From assembly GCA_964575725.1 (NCBI GenBank), contig CAZNRG010000001.1:1-61165 (forward strand): DNA of 61,165 bases, read 5' to 3'. The translations under genes were made by a program, and so were the position numbers. The notes beneath the pieces are model-generated. The model was not told the origin of the DNA, ran no database searches, and saw nothing but the letters and a program-made list of their open reading frames with translations. This document shows, one piece after another, positions 9,163 through 18,783 of the stretch (position 1 is its first letter; each line of letters starts with the position of its first letter). Source of the DNA: Candidatus Hadarchaeota archaeon (GTDB taxonomy: Archaea > Hadarchaeota > Hadarchaeia > Hadarchaeales > Hadarchaeaceae).

Positions 9163-10245
9163 TTATGCCGTGAGCGACTTGCACCCCTTCTTTGTTACCA
9201 GCACCATGTCCTCCCAGCGAGCACCGCCTAGAAGCGGCACATATATGCCGGGCTCGATAGTGATAACCATTCCCTCGCGCAAAATGTCTTTTGAATCGGG
9301 TGAAAGTCCAGGAGGTTCGTGGATTTCCATACCTACGCCATGCCCCGTGCCATGCGGGGAAAACTTGGCATAGCCAGCACGCGAGATGATCCCGCGAGCG
9401 GCTTTATCTACGTCGCTTGTTTTAACACCGTCGCAAACACGGCCGATAGCCGCTTTTTGAGCGCGCCCAACTAGCTCAATCAATGCAAGCTGTTTTTTCA
9501 ACGGCGAGATGGCGAAGGTTCTAGTCATATCGGAGCAGTAACCCTCGTGTTTTGCCCCCAAATCAATGACGATGAGATCCCCTCGCCGCAATTGTCTTCG
9601 TGTCGCGCTCGCGTGGGGAAGCCAGGAGTTTCTGCCGGAGGCGACGATCATCGGGAAGGGGGTGCCTTCAGAGCCAGCCCTGCGCATCTCGTACTCCGCC
9701 TCGGCAGCTATCTCGAGCTCGCTTCTACCTGCGGCGATCAGTTCGGCAGCGCAGCGCATGCCTCGCGCCGCTATCTTCGCCGACTTCCGCAAAAGGGCCA
9801 CCTCCTCCCTCGACTTTATCTTGCGCAGCTCGAGCACGATTTCAGGCAGTTCACGGTAGCTTGCCACATGGGCGCCACGCAGCCTCCGCAAGAGTTCCCT
9901 TCTTCCACCATCGTAACCCACGACCCGCGCACAGAGTTCCCCCAGGCAGTCGGCGACGAGCTGCCAGGGTTTGCGGAAGTACACCCGCTCCCCGCGCCGC
10001 AAGGGTGCCCTCCAGCTCGAGAACGCACGGACGTCGCGGATCCAGCTTTCCCGCTTCGCCTGCTCGAACTCCAGCCTGCTACAGAGGAGCATGGGAGCAC
10101 CTTGGGTGGGGACGATTACCGCCTTTCCCGCCTCCGTGCCCGCCAAGTAGCGCGTGTTGCGGATGGCCAGAAAAGCGTCAAGGCCACGCTTGTCAAGTTC
10201 TCGCTGTAGTCTCTGAATTCGTTTTCTCAAACTCAACCCGCTCAA
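9163..10245 (-). CDS. pepQ: M24-family Xaa-Pro aminopeptidase/dipeptidase
   Basis: Creatinase-like N-domain followed by the pita-bread fold. Metal ligands appear in DLGAKHEGYCSDMTRT, HGTGHGVGMEIHE, ITIEPG and EDMVLVT. Apparent TTG start. Confidence 0.8.
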   Translation of the reverse strand: MSGLSLRKRIQRLQRELDKRGLDAFLAIRNTRYLAGTEAGKAVIVPTQGAPMLLCSRLEFEQAKRESWIRDVRAFSSWRAPLRRGERVYFRKPWQLVADCLGELCARVVGYDGGRRELLRRLRGAHVASYRELPEIVLELRKIKSREEVALLRKSAKIAARGMRCAAELIAAGRSELEIAAEAEYEMRRAGSEGTPFPMIVASGRNSWLPHASATRRQLRRGDLIVIDLGAKHEGYCSDMTRTFAISPLKKQLALIELVGRAQKAAIGRVCDGVKTSDVDKAARGIISRAGYAKFSPHGTGHGVGMEIHEPPGLSPDSKDILREGMVITIEPGIYVPLLGGARWEDMVLVTKKGCKSLTA

Positions 10246-10276
10246 GCTTTAGGGCGCCGAGTAAAAAAGTTGTCCG

Positions 10277-10813
10277 ATGGCTATGCGTAAGCTTGAGCTG
10301 AGGCGGCGCTACGACGAGACTGCGGGAATTTACGATCGCAGGTACGAAGAAATCCAGCGCGCAAAGTATCAGGTGATCGTAAAAAATCTATCTAAAAAAA
10401 CCAAGTGCATCCTCGACCTCGGCTGCGGCACGGGGATGTTTTTTGACGAGCTGTCGAAACACGCAGAACTCCTCGTGGGCGTCGACGCTTCAGCGGAGAT
10501 GTTGCGGATGGCGAACGTTCGCCGCGGGAAAGCTGCGCTGGCGTTGGCTGATGCGGACCAACTACCTTTCGCGGACGGAAGTTTTGATGCAGTTGTGTCG
10601 GTCACCCTGCTCCAGAACATGCCGGACCCAGCGGCCACGGTCAGGGAGGTGGCGAGGGTCCTGAGGCCGGGTGGGCGCGCCATCCTGACCGTCCTGAAGC
10701 GCAAGCATCCTCAGGGGGAGCTTGAGGGTTGGGTGCGACGGGCCGGTATGGATCCACTTAGCTCCGGCGAAATCGAGGGGAGTGAGGACGTCTTCTGCGT
10801 GGCGGAGCGATAG
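10277..10813 (+). CDS. Class I SAM-dependent methyltransferase
   Basis: ILDLGCGTGMF (motif I), DADQLPFADGSFDAVVS and LRPGGRAIL. Confidence 0.75.
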   Translation: MAMRKLELRRRYDETAGIYDRRYEEIQRAKYQVIVKNLSKKTKCILDLGCGTGMFFDELSKHAELLVGVDASAEMLRMANVRRGKAALALADADQLPFADGSFDAVVSVTLLQNMPDPAATVREVARVLRPGGRAILTVLKRKHPQGELEGWVRRAGMDPLSSGEIEGSEDVFCVAER

Positions 10814-10857
10814 TTTAATGTGGTTCGGGAAGATTTTCAAGTTGTAGGGGGCATCAA

Positions 10858-11667
10858 GTGGGTGTCCGAACAAATCCAAGAAAAAGCCTCTCGCGAGCCA
10901 AACGAATTGTGGTTAAAATCGGGACCAGCAGCCTCACTGATGAGCGCTCGAGGTTGGACCCAAGCAAGGTCGGAAGACTTGTCGAGGAGACGATGAGGTT
11001 GCGGGCGCGCGGGAAGGAGATCATCATAGTCTCATCTGGCGCGATAGGGGCAGGCGTGGGGCGCCTAAGCCTAGAGCGCCGGCCACGGGAGATGTCATCG
11101 CTGCAGGCGGCCGCGGCGGTCGGGCAGGGGGTCCTGATGCAGGTCTACTCGAAGTACTTCGGGGAATACCAGCAGCCCGTGGCGCAGATGCTGCTGACGG
11201 GGGAGGATTTCACGGGCTCCAAGCGCTATCGAAATTTCAAGAACACCCTAGCGACCCTGCTTAGGTGGGGTGTGGTTCCGATCGTGAACGAGAACGACAG
11301 CGTGGAGGTCCAGGAAATAAGGCTTGGGGACAACGACACGCTCTCCGCTCACGTAGCGGTGGGCTCTGGTGCGGATCTCCTCGTCGTGCTGTCAGATATT
11401 GACGGGCTCTACGAAAGAAAAGCAGGCGGGAGGCGGGGCAGGCTGATAAGAACGGTTGAGCGCGTGACGCCTGAAATCGAGCGGCTCTCTGTCAAAAATT
11501 TCCGCGGCTTCGGAGGCATGCTCACGAAGATTAGGGCCGCCAAGATCGCGACGAAAGCCGGGGTACCTGTGGTGATTGCCAACAGCGACGAGGGCCGCGT
11601 GCTGGAGCGCGTGCTGGCGGGCGAGGAGATTGGGACGCTGTTCTTGCCGGGGGGAAAACGGAGATGA
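10858..11667 (+). CDS. proB: Glutamate 5-kinase
   Basis: RIVVKIGTSSLTDE, IIIVSSGAIGAG, IVNENDSV, GDNDTLSA, and GGMLTKIRAAKIA. There is no PUA domain. GTG start. Overlaps proA by 4 nt (ATGA). Confidence 0.85.
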   Translation: MGVRTNPRKSLSRAKRIVVKIGTSSLTDERSRLDPSKVGRLVEETMRLRARGKEIIIVSSGAIGAGVGRLSLERRPREMSSLQAAAAVGQGVLMQVYSKYFGEYQQPVAQMLLTGEDFTGSKRYRNFKNTLATLLRWGVVPIVNENDSVEVQEIRLGDNDTLSAHVAVGSGADLLVVLSDIDGLYERKAGGRRGRLIRTVERVTPEIERLSVKNFRGFGGMLTKIRAAKIATKAGVPVVIANSDEGRVLERVLAGEEIGTLFLPGGKRR

Positions 11668-13004
11668 GCGGCGTCGTGCAGAAAGCGATGGCCGCGCGAG
11701 AAGCTTCGCTAAAGCTCGCGAATGTAACGACCAAGACGAAAAATGCAGCGCTCCTGAGGGTCGCGTCGGCAATTTTGAAAAATAGGCGAGCGCTTCTAAA
11801 AGCAAACGCCCAAGATGTAGAGTCTGTCAACCGTCTCCTGAAGGTCAGGAGGGCATCAAAGGCGTTCGTCCAGAGGCTCAAGCTCACCGATGGCAAGCTG
11901 CGCGAAGTGGCCAAGATGGTGAGGGCGGTCGCCGAGCTTGAGGACCCCGTGGGGAAAACCCTCTACGCGATGGAGCTCGACCGCGGCTTGGATCTGTACA
12001 AGGTGTCGTGCTCGATCGGTGTAGTAGGGGCTATTTTTGAGGCGAGGCCAGACGTGTTGCCTCAGATCTCATCGCTCTGCCTGAAGTCTGGAAATGCTGT
12101 GATCCTAAAGGGTGGAAAAGAGGCGGGGTTTACAAACGAGAAATTTTTGTATCTGATCCGAGAGGCGACGGAGCGGGCAGGAATTCCCCGCGGGTGGATC
12201 CAGCTGATCGAGGCGAGGAGAGATGTGAGGGAGCTGTTGGGGCTCGATGAGTTGGTGGATCTGCTCGTGCCCCGCGGGAGCAAAAAGCTGGTGAAATACA
12301 TTCAGAATAACACCCGAATCCCCGTGCTGGGCCACACCGAGGGGATTTGCCACATCTATGTTGATGCACGGGCCTACCTCAAAAAAGCCCTAGAGATATG
12401 CTACGATGCGAAGGTCCAGTACCCGGGCGTCTGCAACGCCGTCGAGACCCTGCTGGTGCATCGTGCCATCGCCAAGCGCTTCCTCCAGCGCTTAGCCGAG
12501 CGATACCGTAGAGCGGGGGTGGAGATACGTGGCGACGAAAGGACCAGAAAAATCCTGCCGGGAGTAAAACGCGCGATGGAGAAGGACTGGCAAACAGAAT
12601 ATCTTGATCTGATAATCTCGATCAAGGTGGTGAACTCGCTCCAGGAGGCGGTGGCCCACGTGAACACTTACGGGTCAAAACACACGGACGCAATCGTTAC
12701 CCGCGACCGCCACGCCGCGCTCGGGTTCCTGAAGAGCGTGGATTCGTCAAGCGTCATGCTCAACGCCTCCACGCGGTTCAGCGATGGGTACCGATATGGG
12801 CTGGGGGCAGAGGTTGGGATAAGCACGGGGAAGATTCACGCTCGCGGGCCCATGGGGCTTGAAGGCTTGACCTCCTCCAAGTTCTACCTGCTCGGGAACG
12901 GGCAAATCGTGGCGGAATATCTCGGCCCCAAGGCGAAGCCGTTCACCCACCGCGCGCTGCACAAGCGATGGTCCGACATTGAGCGAGCATTGGAGAAGAA
13001 ATAG
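11664..13004 (+). CDS. proA: Gamma-glutamyl phosphate reductase
   Basis: Aldehyde dehydrogenase fold with GVVGAIFEARPDV, LKGGKEA, HTEGICHIYVD, YPGVCNAVETLLVH, GSKHTDAIVT and NASTRFSDG. Confidence 0.9.
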   Translation: MSGVVQKAMAAREASLKLANVTTKTKNAALLRVASAILKNRRALLKANAQDVESVNRLLKVRRASKAFVQRLKLTDGKLREVAKMVRAVAELEDPVGKTLYAMELDRGLDLYKVSCSIGVVGAIFEARPDVLPQISSLCLKSGNAVILKGGKEAGFTNEKFLYLIREATERAGIPRGWIQLIEARRDVRELLGLDELVDLLVPRGSKKLVKYIQNNTRIPVLGHTEGICHIYVDARAYLKKALEICYDAKVQYPGVCNAVETLLVHRAIAKRFLQRLAERYRRAGVEIRGDERTRKILPGVKRAMEKDWQTEYLDLIISIKVVNSLQEAVAHVNTYGSKHTDAIVTRDRHAALGFLKSVDSSSVMLNASTRFSDGYRYGLGAEVGISTGKIHARGPMGLEGLTSSKFYLLGNGQIVAEYLGPKAKPFTHRALHKRWSDIERALEKK

Positions 13005-13500
13005 GGGTGGCGTTTTGAAGTTCAGGAAAGTCGTGGTCGCCGGGACGTTCGATTACCTCCACGATGGCCATGTAGCGATACTGTCCAAAGCTTTCGAGCT
13101 GGGGGAGTTCGTGCTGCTGGGAGTCTGCTCGGACGAGATGCAGGAGTTGCTCCGAAAGGACTCTGTAGGCATCCAGCCGCTCGCGGTGAGAATGTGGACT
13201 GTTTTGGATCTCTTGCACCAAAAGGGTTGGCTTGAGCGCACCGAAGTGAGGGTGCTGTCGGATCCATTTGGCCCTGCCGTGGAAGACAAAGAACTCGCGG
13301 CGATAGTGGTCAGCCCAGAGACCCGAGCGCGCGCGGAGGAGATAAACAAGCTCAGAACCTCAAAAGGCATGCCTGCGCTCCAGATAGTTGAGGTTCCGTT
13401 TGTGTTGGCCGAGGACGGGCAACCTATTTCATCGATAAAGATACGCTACGGCGAGACGGATTTACACGGTAAGCGGCTGAAACCTTCCCGAATTCAATAG
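12979..13500 (+). CDS. coaD: Phosphopantetheine adenylyltransferase, archaeal type (cytidylyltransferase fold)
   Basis: VVVAGTFDYLHDGHVAIL contains the (T/H)xGH nucleotidyltransferase motif. An alternative start is the TTG at 13015, which follows GGGGTGG and avoids overlap with proA. Confidence 0.65.
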   Translation: MSEHWRRNRGGVLKFRKVVVAGTFDYLHDGHVAILSKAFELGEFVLLGVCSDEMQELLRKDSVGIQPLAVRMWTVLDLLHQKGWLERTEVRVLSDPFGPAVEDKELAAIVVSPETRARAEEINKLRTSKGMPALQIVEVPFVLAEDGQPISSIKIRYGETDLHGKRLKPSRIQ

Positions 13501-13577
13501 GTAAAATATTTTCCTGCTCAATGCGGGCTAACAAAATCCTTATTTAAACAGAAACTTCGTTTAACTAAAGATGTCTT

Positions 13578-14795
13578 ATGCACCCATCCAACGATATTCA
13601 AGGCACAAAGGGCAGTGAGTTGGGGGGCCGGAAGATAGCCCTCTGCATCACGGGGAGTGTGGCCGCCGTCAAGTCTCCCGAGCTGGCGCGAGAGCTCATG
13701 CGTCACGGTGCGGATGTGCGATCCATCATGTCCAAACGAGCTACGGACCTAATAACTCCCCAGCTCATGCACTGGGCCACTGGGAACGAGGTAGTGACAG
13801 AGCTCACGGGCAGGATCGAGCACGTTGAGCTGGCGCAGTGGGCCGACTTGGTGTTGGTTGCCCCGGCTACTGCGAACACGCTGGGAAAGATGGCGCACGC
13901 GATTGACGACACACCAGTGACCTCGGTGGTCTCTGTGGCCCTCGGCCTGAAGAAGCCCGTCGTCGCGGTCCCGGCGATGCATGGGTCGATGTATGGGCAC
14001 AAGCTGTTACAGGAAAATTTGGTGAAGCTCCGTTCGGCGGATGTGCATGTGCTCGAACCTAGGATTGAGGAGGGAAAGGCGAAGTTGGTGGATGTTGAAG
14101 AGATCGTGCAGTTAGTTATCGAGCTCCTAGGTCCTCGAGATATGGAGGGTATGCGGGTGCTAATCACCGCTGGCCCAACAATTGAACCAATAGATCCGAT
14201 CAAGCTCATCACCAATCGAAGCTCGGGCAAGATGGGCGTGGCCGTGGCCCGGGCCGCGGCCTCGAGAGGTGCCGAGGTGACGCTTATCTATGGCCCGGGG
14301 ACGGAGGCACCACCCTCGAACGTAAATGTCGTGCGAGTTCAGACCACCCAAGAGATGTGCGATGCCTTCGAACGCGAGTTAAAATCACCCCGCGACATCA
14401 TCGTTTCAACCGCGGCCGCACAGGATTTCGTAGTCAAGCGACCAGCGGAGCAGAAACTCAGGCATTCCGAGCCGGTGACGCTCAAGCTAGTGCCAGCACC
14501 CCGCGTGCTCGACGGGATTCGAAAACTCGCGCCAGATGCTTTTGTAGTGGGGTTCAAGGCAGAGCACAACGTGAGTGATGAGGAGCTCCTGCGGGCGGCG
14601 AAGGAAAAGCTTGGCGAGGGGCTTGACATGGTCGTGGCAAATGATGTAGCTAGGTCGGGAGCTGGATTTGATGTCGACACCAACGAAGTCATAATCGTGA
14701 CCCCCCCCGGCTCTAAACCGATGCGTGCGACGAAAACCGAGATAGCACGAGCAATTCTAGATGCTGCGGTGGCGGGACTTCGAGGGCGTCGCTAA
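13578..14795 (+). CDS. coaBC: Bifunctional phosphopantothenoylcysteine decarboxylase / phosphopantothenate-cysteine ligase
   Basis: N-terminal flavoprotein domain (IALCITGSVAAVKSPEL, PATANTLGKMAHAIDD) and C-terminal DFP domain (ITAGPTIEPIDPIKLITNRSSGKMG, AAAQDF). Confidence 0.85.
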   Translation: MHPSNDIQGTKGSELGGRKIALCITGSVAAVKSPELARELMRHGADVRSIMSKRATDLITPQLMHWATGNEVVTELTGRIEHVELAQWADLVLVAPATANTLGKMAHAIDDTPVTSVVSVALGLKKPVVAVPAMHGSMYGHKLLQENLVKLRSADVHVLEPRIEEGKAKLVDVEEIVQLVIELLGPRDMEGMRVLITAGPTIEPIDPIKLITNRSSGKMGVAVARAAASRGAEVTLIYGPGTEAPPSNVNVVRVQTTQEMCDAFERELKSPRDIIVSTAAAQDFVVKRPAEQKLRHSEPVTLKLVPAPRVLDGIRKLAPDAFVVGFKAEHNVSDEELLRAAKEKLGEGLDMVVANDVARSGAGFDVDTNEVIIVTPPGSKPMRATKTEIARAILDAAVAGLRGRR

Positions 14796-15706
14796 TGCGG
14801 AAGGCATCGGCTTTCGCCCCATCACATATCTCAGGCTTCTTCCAAGTGTGCGACGAGTCCAGCGAGCTCGAACGAAAGGGCTCGCGCAACTGCGGCCCTT
14901 GCATCGACTCCGGTGCGCTCACAAAAATCAAGGTTGAGCCAGCCGTTCGCACCCGCATAACCGTCCGCATAAACGATAAACTGGCACCCCGGGCAAAAAC
15001 AACTTTGGCGGCAGCACGACAGCTCATACGACTGGCGCGAGAGCCGTTCAAAATCGAGGTGCACCATTCCTGCGAGGTGCCGATAGGCGCAGGCTACGGT
15101 GCAAGCGGTGCGGGGGCACTCGGCACCACTTTGGCTTTTTCCAAGGCCTTGGGGTTGCGCTTGCCGCGAGAGGAGATTGTAACTATGGCACATGTCGCTG
15201 AAGTGGCCTGTCGCACGGGGCTCGGCGACGTGGGGGCGCAGGCGCTGGGGGGGCTTGTGGTTGGGCTAGAGCCCGGTGCCCCCCCTTACGGCAGGTGGAG
15301 GCAAATCCGCCTCCCGAAAGATGTAAAAGTGGTTTGCGGCACCTTCGGGGGGCTGCCAACGGCGAGGCTCTTGCATGAGAAAGAATTTCGTGGGCACTCG
15401 AAGCGGCTCGGTAACTTAGCTTTGAAAAAATTGTTAGAAGAACCCACTCCCAAAAATTTTATGAAGGTATCACGTGAATTCGCGGAGGGCCTCGGACTTT
15501 TAGATGATGAGCTTCGCGCGTTAATTAATGCCGCCATGACTACTGGCGCGATCGGGGCAAGCCAAGTGATGTTGGGCAAGGCCGTATTCGCATTGGTGAA
15601 AGAAGAGAAGCTTGAACAAGTGGCGCGCGCATTTCTCGAGTTCCTCGATCCCAGCGCGGTCATCGTCGCAGGCGTGGCCCGAATGGGTGCCAAGCTACTT
15701 GACTAA
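14795..15706 (+). CDS. Pantoate kinase (GHMP kinase family, archaeal CoA pathway)
   Basis: The N-terminus reads APSHISGFFQV, and the GHMP phosphate loop reads VPIGAGYGASGAGALG. The start shares one base with the coaBC stop (TAATG). Confidence 0.6.
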   Translation: MRKASAFAPSHISGFFQVCDESSELERKGSRNCGPCIDSGALTKIKVEPAVRTRITVRINDKLAPRAKTTLAAARQLIRLAREPFKIEVHHSCEVPIGAGYGASGAGALGTTLAFSKALGLRLPREEIVTMAHVAEVACRTGLGDVGAQALGGLVVGLEPGAPPYGRWRQIRLPKDVKVVCGTFGGLPTARLLHEKEFRGHSKRLGNLALKKLLEEPTPKNFMKVSREFAEGLGLLDDELRALINAAMTTGAIGASQVMLGKAVFALVKEEKLEQVARAFLEFLDPSAVIVAGVARMGAKLLD

Positions 15707-16224
15707 AATTGATCTTTGTGCACGATCTTGCTCAGCGGCATGCGCTGCGGAGGGCTCGGTTTCTCAGCTGGCTTGCCGATGGGCACGATGGCGACGGGCC
15801 TCACGCCCGCAGGAGTTTTGATCACTTCAGCAACCGCATCCTCGTCAAACGCCCCAACCCAGCATGTCGCGTAGCCGAGGGCATAAGCAGCCAAATGGAT
15901 GTTTTGTGCTACCGCGGCGGTATCTTGGATGCAGTAGAGCTCCTCGCCCCTCCTGCCGTAGCGTCTAGAAGTTCGAGAGACGTTTGCGCACACGACGATT
16001 GCTACGGGCGCCTCCGCAATGAATGTCTGACCTAGCGCTGCTCGAACCAACCGCTCCTTCTGGGCTTGGTCTTTCACGACGACTAGCTCGAGAGGCTGAC
16101 AGTGCCCGGCACTAGGGGCCCAGCGAGCGGCGTCAATGATTTTTTCTAAATCCTTCTCCTTGACTGGCGTGGACTCGAACTCGCGCACACTTCGCCTGCC
16201 CTTGATCGCTTCGAAAACGTCCAT
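15703..16224 (-). CDS. Nitroreductase-family protein
   Basis: VFEAIKGRRSVREF...IIDAARWAPSAGHCQPLELVVV...DTAAVAQNIHLAAYALGYATCWVGAF. Confidence 0.75.
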   Translation of the reverse strand: MDVFEAIKGRRSVREFESTPVKEKDLEKIIDAARWAPSAGHCQPLELVVVKDQAQKERLVRAALGQTFIAEAPVAIVVCANVSRTSRRYGRRGEELYCIQDTAAVAQNIHLAAYALGYATCWVGAFDEDAVAEVIKTPAGVRPVAIVPIGKPAEKPSPPQRMPLSKIVHKDQF

Positions 16225-16277
16225 TCAATCCCCAAGCATTTTAAGCTCAGGTGGACTTAAGAATTTGGTAGAGCAAA

Positions 16278-16532
16278 ATGGTTGAACCCCCTGAACTCGA
16301 CTGGATAGTCCAAAAGGCCACGGAGCTGCTTGCCGACAAGGTGAAGGACGCCCCGCTCACCGATCACGACATCGAGCTGGCTTTCGAGATGTTTGCGAGG
16401 CCCAGGCTCAATCGCCTCTCCGATACTTTTAAGAGCGAGCTCGAGCGGAGGCAGGCGCGGGATTTCATAATGATGAAGCTCCAAGAGCGAGCGAAGCAGC
16501 TCAATGCTGAGCAGTGGCAGAAGTCGGAGTAG
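16278..16532 (+). CDS. Hypothetical small protein (84 aa, helical, charged)
   Basis: ORF only. I recognise no motif. Confidence 0.35.
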   Translation: MVEPPELDWIVQKATELLADKVKDAPLTDHDIELAFEMFARPRLNRLSDTFKSELERRQARDFIMMKLQERAKQLNAEQWQKSE

Positions 16533-16657
16533 GGGCAGTGGGCATCACAATTTCAATTTTCAACTACGTGAAAAGAAAAATTGGAGAATATCTTCAGCAA
16601 GCACCACAAATTCGTACTTGAGCCAATCTAAATTGTGTTTGGCGCGCCAGTTTAGAA

Positions 16658-16933
16658 TTAGATAACCAACAGTGCTTGCCCGGTCCATAACCAGAAAATT
16701 GCGAGAATACATAGCACGGCCATCGCGAAGAGGCCAGCCCCCCACTTGCGCGCCTGAGCCTTGATGCAGATGTAGCCGAAGAGACTGGTACCTGCAATTG
16801 CCAAGATGAGCACGATGGTGAGCACGATCTGTCCTATCAACTTGGCTAGGGAACCGAAATAATCCGTGAGGGCGATGATTGGAAATACGATGATGAGGAT
16901 AATCACTCCCGCCAAGATCAACCATCCGCGCAA
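16658..16933 (-). CDS. Hypothetical small membrane protein (3 predicted TM helices)
   Basis: The ORF has three hydrophobic ~20-aa segments. I cannot assign a family. Confidence 0.4.
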   Translation of the reverse strand: MRGWLILAGVIILIIVFPIIALTDYFGSLAKLIGQIVLTIVLILAIAGTSLFGYICIKAQARKWGAGLFAMAVLCILAIFWLWTGQALLVI

Positions 16934-17008
16934 ACATTCACCTATTTTGCTTATTCGTCGGACTTTTAAAGCTTAACTTCGAGGAGTTCTAATAACTCAG
17001 GTGAAAAA

Positions 17009-18775
17009 ATGCCGAGGATTGCCGTCTTAGATCGGGATTTGTGCCAGCCGAAGCGGTGCTCACTCGAGTGCTATCGCTATTGCCCTGGTGTCCGAACTGG
17101 TGATGAGACAGTGGTCATCGAAGAGCAAACGGGCAAGCCTGTGATTTCTGAGGAGCTTTGCACGGGCTGTGGAATATGCGTCCACAAGTGCCCGTTCCGT
17201 GCGATTTCGATCATCAATCTGCCCCAAGAGCTCGAGGGGCGCTGCATCCACCGCTATGGCCCCAACGGGTTCGCTCTATATGAATTGCCAATCCCCCGGG
17301 CTGGCAACGTCATGGGGCTCGTAGGGCAGAACGGAACGGGCAAGACGACCGCTATTGAGATCTTGGCGGGACGGATCGGCCCCAACCTCGGCTTGCAGGA
17401 GGTAGCACCACCAAATGCACTGAACGAGTTCTTCAAGGGTTCCGAGCTTCAGGCCTACTTCGCCCGAATCAAACAGAAAAAAATATCTTACAAGCCCCAA
17501 ACAATCGGTGGACTCCCCAAGGTGGCGCGAGGGAAGGTCGGTGCGCTCCTCGCGAAGGTAGATGAACGAGGTACAGCGAATGAGCTGGCCGAAGCGCTTG
17601 AGCTGAACGATATCCTCGACCGCGACATCAAGCTCCTCAGCGGGGGTGAGCTCCAACGCTTGGCGATTGCCGCTGCCTCCACGAAGGAAGCAGATATCTA
17701 TTACTTTGATGAGCCGAGTTCGCACCTTGATGTCTACCAGCGCCTCAACGCGGCGCGCGTCATCAGGGGGCTCGCGGAAGCCGGAAAAGCCGTGCTCGTC
17801 GTGGAGCATGACCTCGCGATGCTTGACTACATGTGCGATTATGTGCACGTCCTCTACGGCAAACCCAGGGCCTACGGCGTAGTGTCATCACCACGGGGGG
17901 TCAGGGTAGGGATAAACGTCTTCCTCGATGGCTACCTGCGTGAGGAGAACGTGAGATTCAGGCGGGAGCCGATCCACTTCGAAGTTCGACCTCCATCAAA
18001 AGCTCGTGTCGCTGGGCGGGCGATGTTCAGCTACCCCAAGCTCAAGAAGCGCTTTAAGGGATTCGAGCTCGAGGTGGCACCAGGCAGCGTTTATGCAAGT
18101 GAGGTGGTTGGGGTGGTGGGCCCCAACGCCATAGGCAAAACTACTTTTGTGCGCATGCTCGCGGGTGAACTCAAGCCGACTGCCGGGGGGGTCGAATTCA
18201 AGCTCGCGGTCGCCCACAAGCCCCAATATCTAGAGGTAGAGTTCGAGGGAACCGTGGAGGCCTGGCTGCACGAGCTGATTGGCGAGTTCGACCCAGCGTT
18301 CAACCCCGAGATATTGCAGCCGCTCGAAGTGAGCCCCCTGCTCGAGCGAAGGCTGGAGGAACTGAGCGGCGGCGAGCTCCAGCGTGCAGCAATCGCCGCG
18401 TGCCTAGGGCAACCGACGGACCTCTACTTGATCGATGAACCCAGTGCTTATCTCGATGTTGAGCAGCGCCTGCAGATGGCGCGCGTGATCAGGCGGGTGA
18501 TCGAGAAGCGCGAGGCAGCGGCATTCGTGGTCGAGCATGACGTGTTGAGCGTAGACTTTATCTCTGACCGATTGCTCGTATTCGCGGGCGAGCCGAGTCG
18601 GGTGGGCAAAACCCACGGTCCCCTTGGGATGCGTGAGGGGATGAACCTCTTCCTGCGCGAGGTGGGGGTAACCTTCCGACGGGACCCTCAGACGGGCAGG
18701 CCCCGGGCGAACAAACCCGGGAGCGGCCTCGACCGGGAACAGCGGGAGCGGGGAGAGTATTTTTACCTCGGATAG
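17009..18775 (+). CDS. abcE1: ABCE1 / RNase L inhibitor homologue (ribosome recycling ATPase)
   Basis: N-terminal 4Fe-4S domain (CQPKRCSLECYRYCP, CTGCGICVHKCP) followed by two ABC cassettes (GQNGTGKTT/LSGGELQR and GPNAIGKTT/LSGGELQR). Confidence 0.92.
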   Translation: MPRIAVLDRDLCQPKRCSLECYRYCPGVRTGDETVVIEEQTGKPVISEELCTGCGICVHKCPFRAISIINLPQELEGRCIHRYGPNGFALYELPIPRAGNVMGLVGQNGTGKTTAIEILAGRIGPNLGLQEVAPPNALNEFFKGSELQAYFARIKQKKISYKPQTIGGLPKVARGKVGALLAKVDERGTANELAEALELNDILDRDIKLLSGGELQRLAIAAASTKEADIYYFDEPSSHLDVYQRLNAARVIRGLAEAGKAVLVVEHDLAMLDYMCDYVHVLYGKPRAYGVVSSPRGVRVGINVFLDGYLREENVRFRREPIHFEVRPPSKARVAGRAMFSYPKLKKRFKGFELEVAPGSVYASEVVGVVGPNAIGKTTFVRMLAGELKPTAGGVEFKLAVAHKPQYLEVEFEGTVEAWLHELIGEFDPAFNPEILQPLEVSPLLERRLEELSGGELQRAAIAACLGQPTDLYLIDEPSAYLDVEQRLQMARVIRRVIEKREAAAFVVEHDVLSVDFISDRLLVFAGEPSRVGKTHGPLGMREGMNLFLREVGVTFRRDPQTGRPRANKPGSGLDREQRERGEYFYLG

Positions 18776-18783
18776 CGCTAGCT

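Noticed and set aside
9600-10301. A 233-aa plus-strand ORF, together with overlapping 220-aa and 97-aa ORFs.
   Set aside because: These are Arg/Ser/Pro-rich shadow frames antisense to the M24 peptidase gene.
16470-16510. ATGATGA followed by CTGA about 30 nt later could be a C/D-box sRNA.
   Set aside because: There is only one C-like and one D-like box. There are no C'/D' boxes or terminal stem, and the sequence lies inside the 84-aa ORF. This fits chance occurrence.
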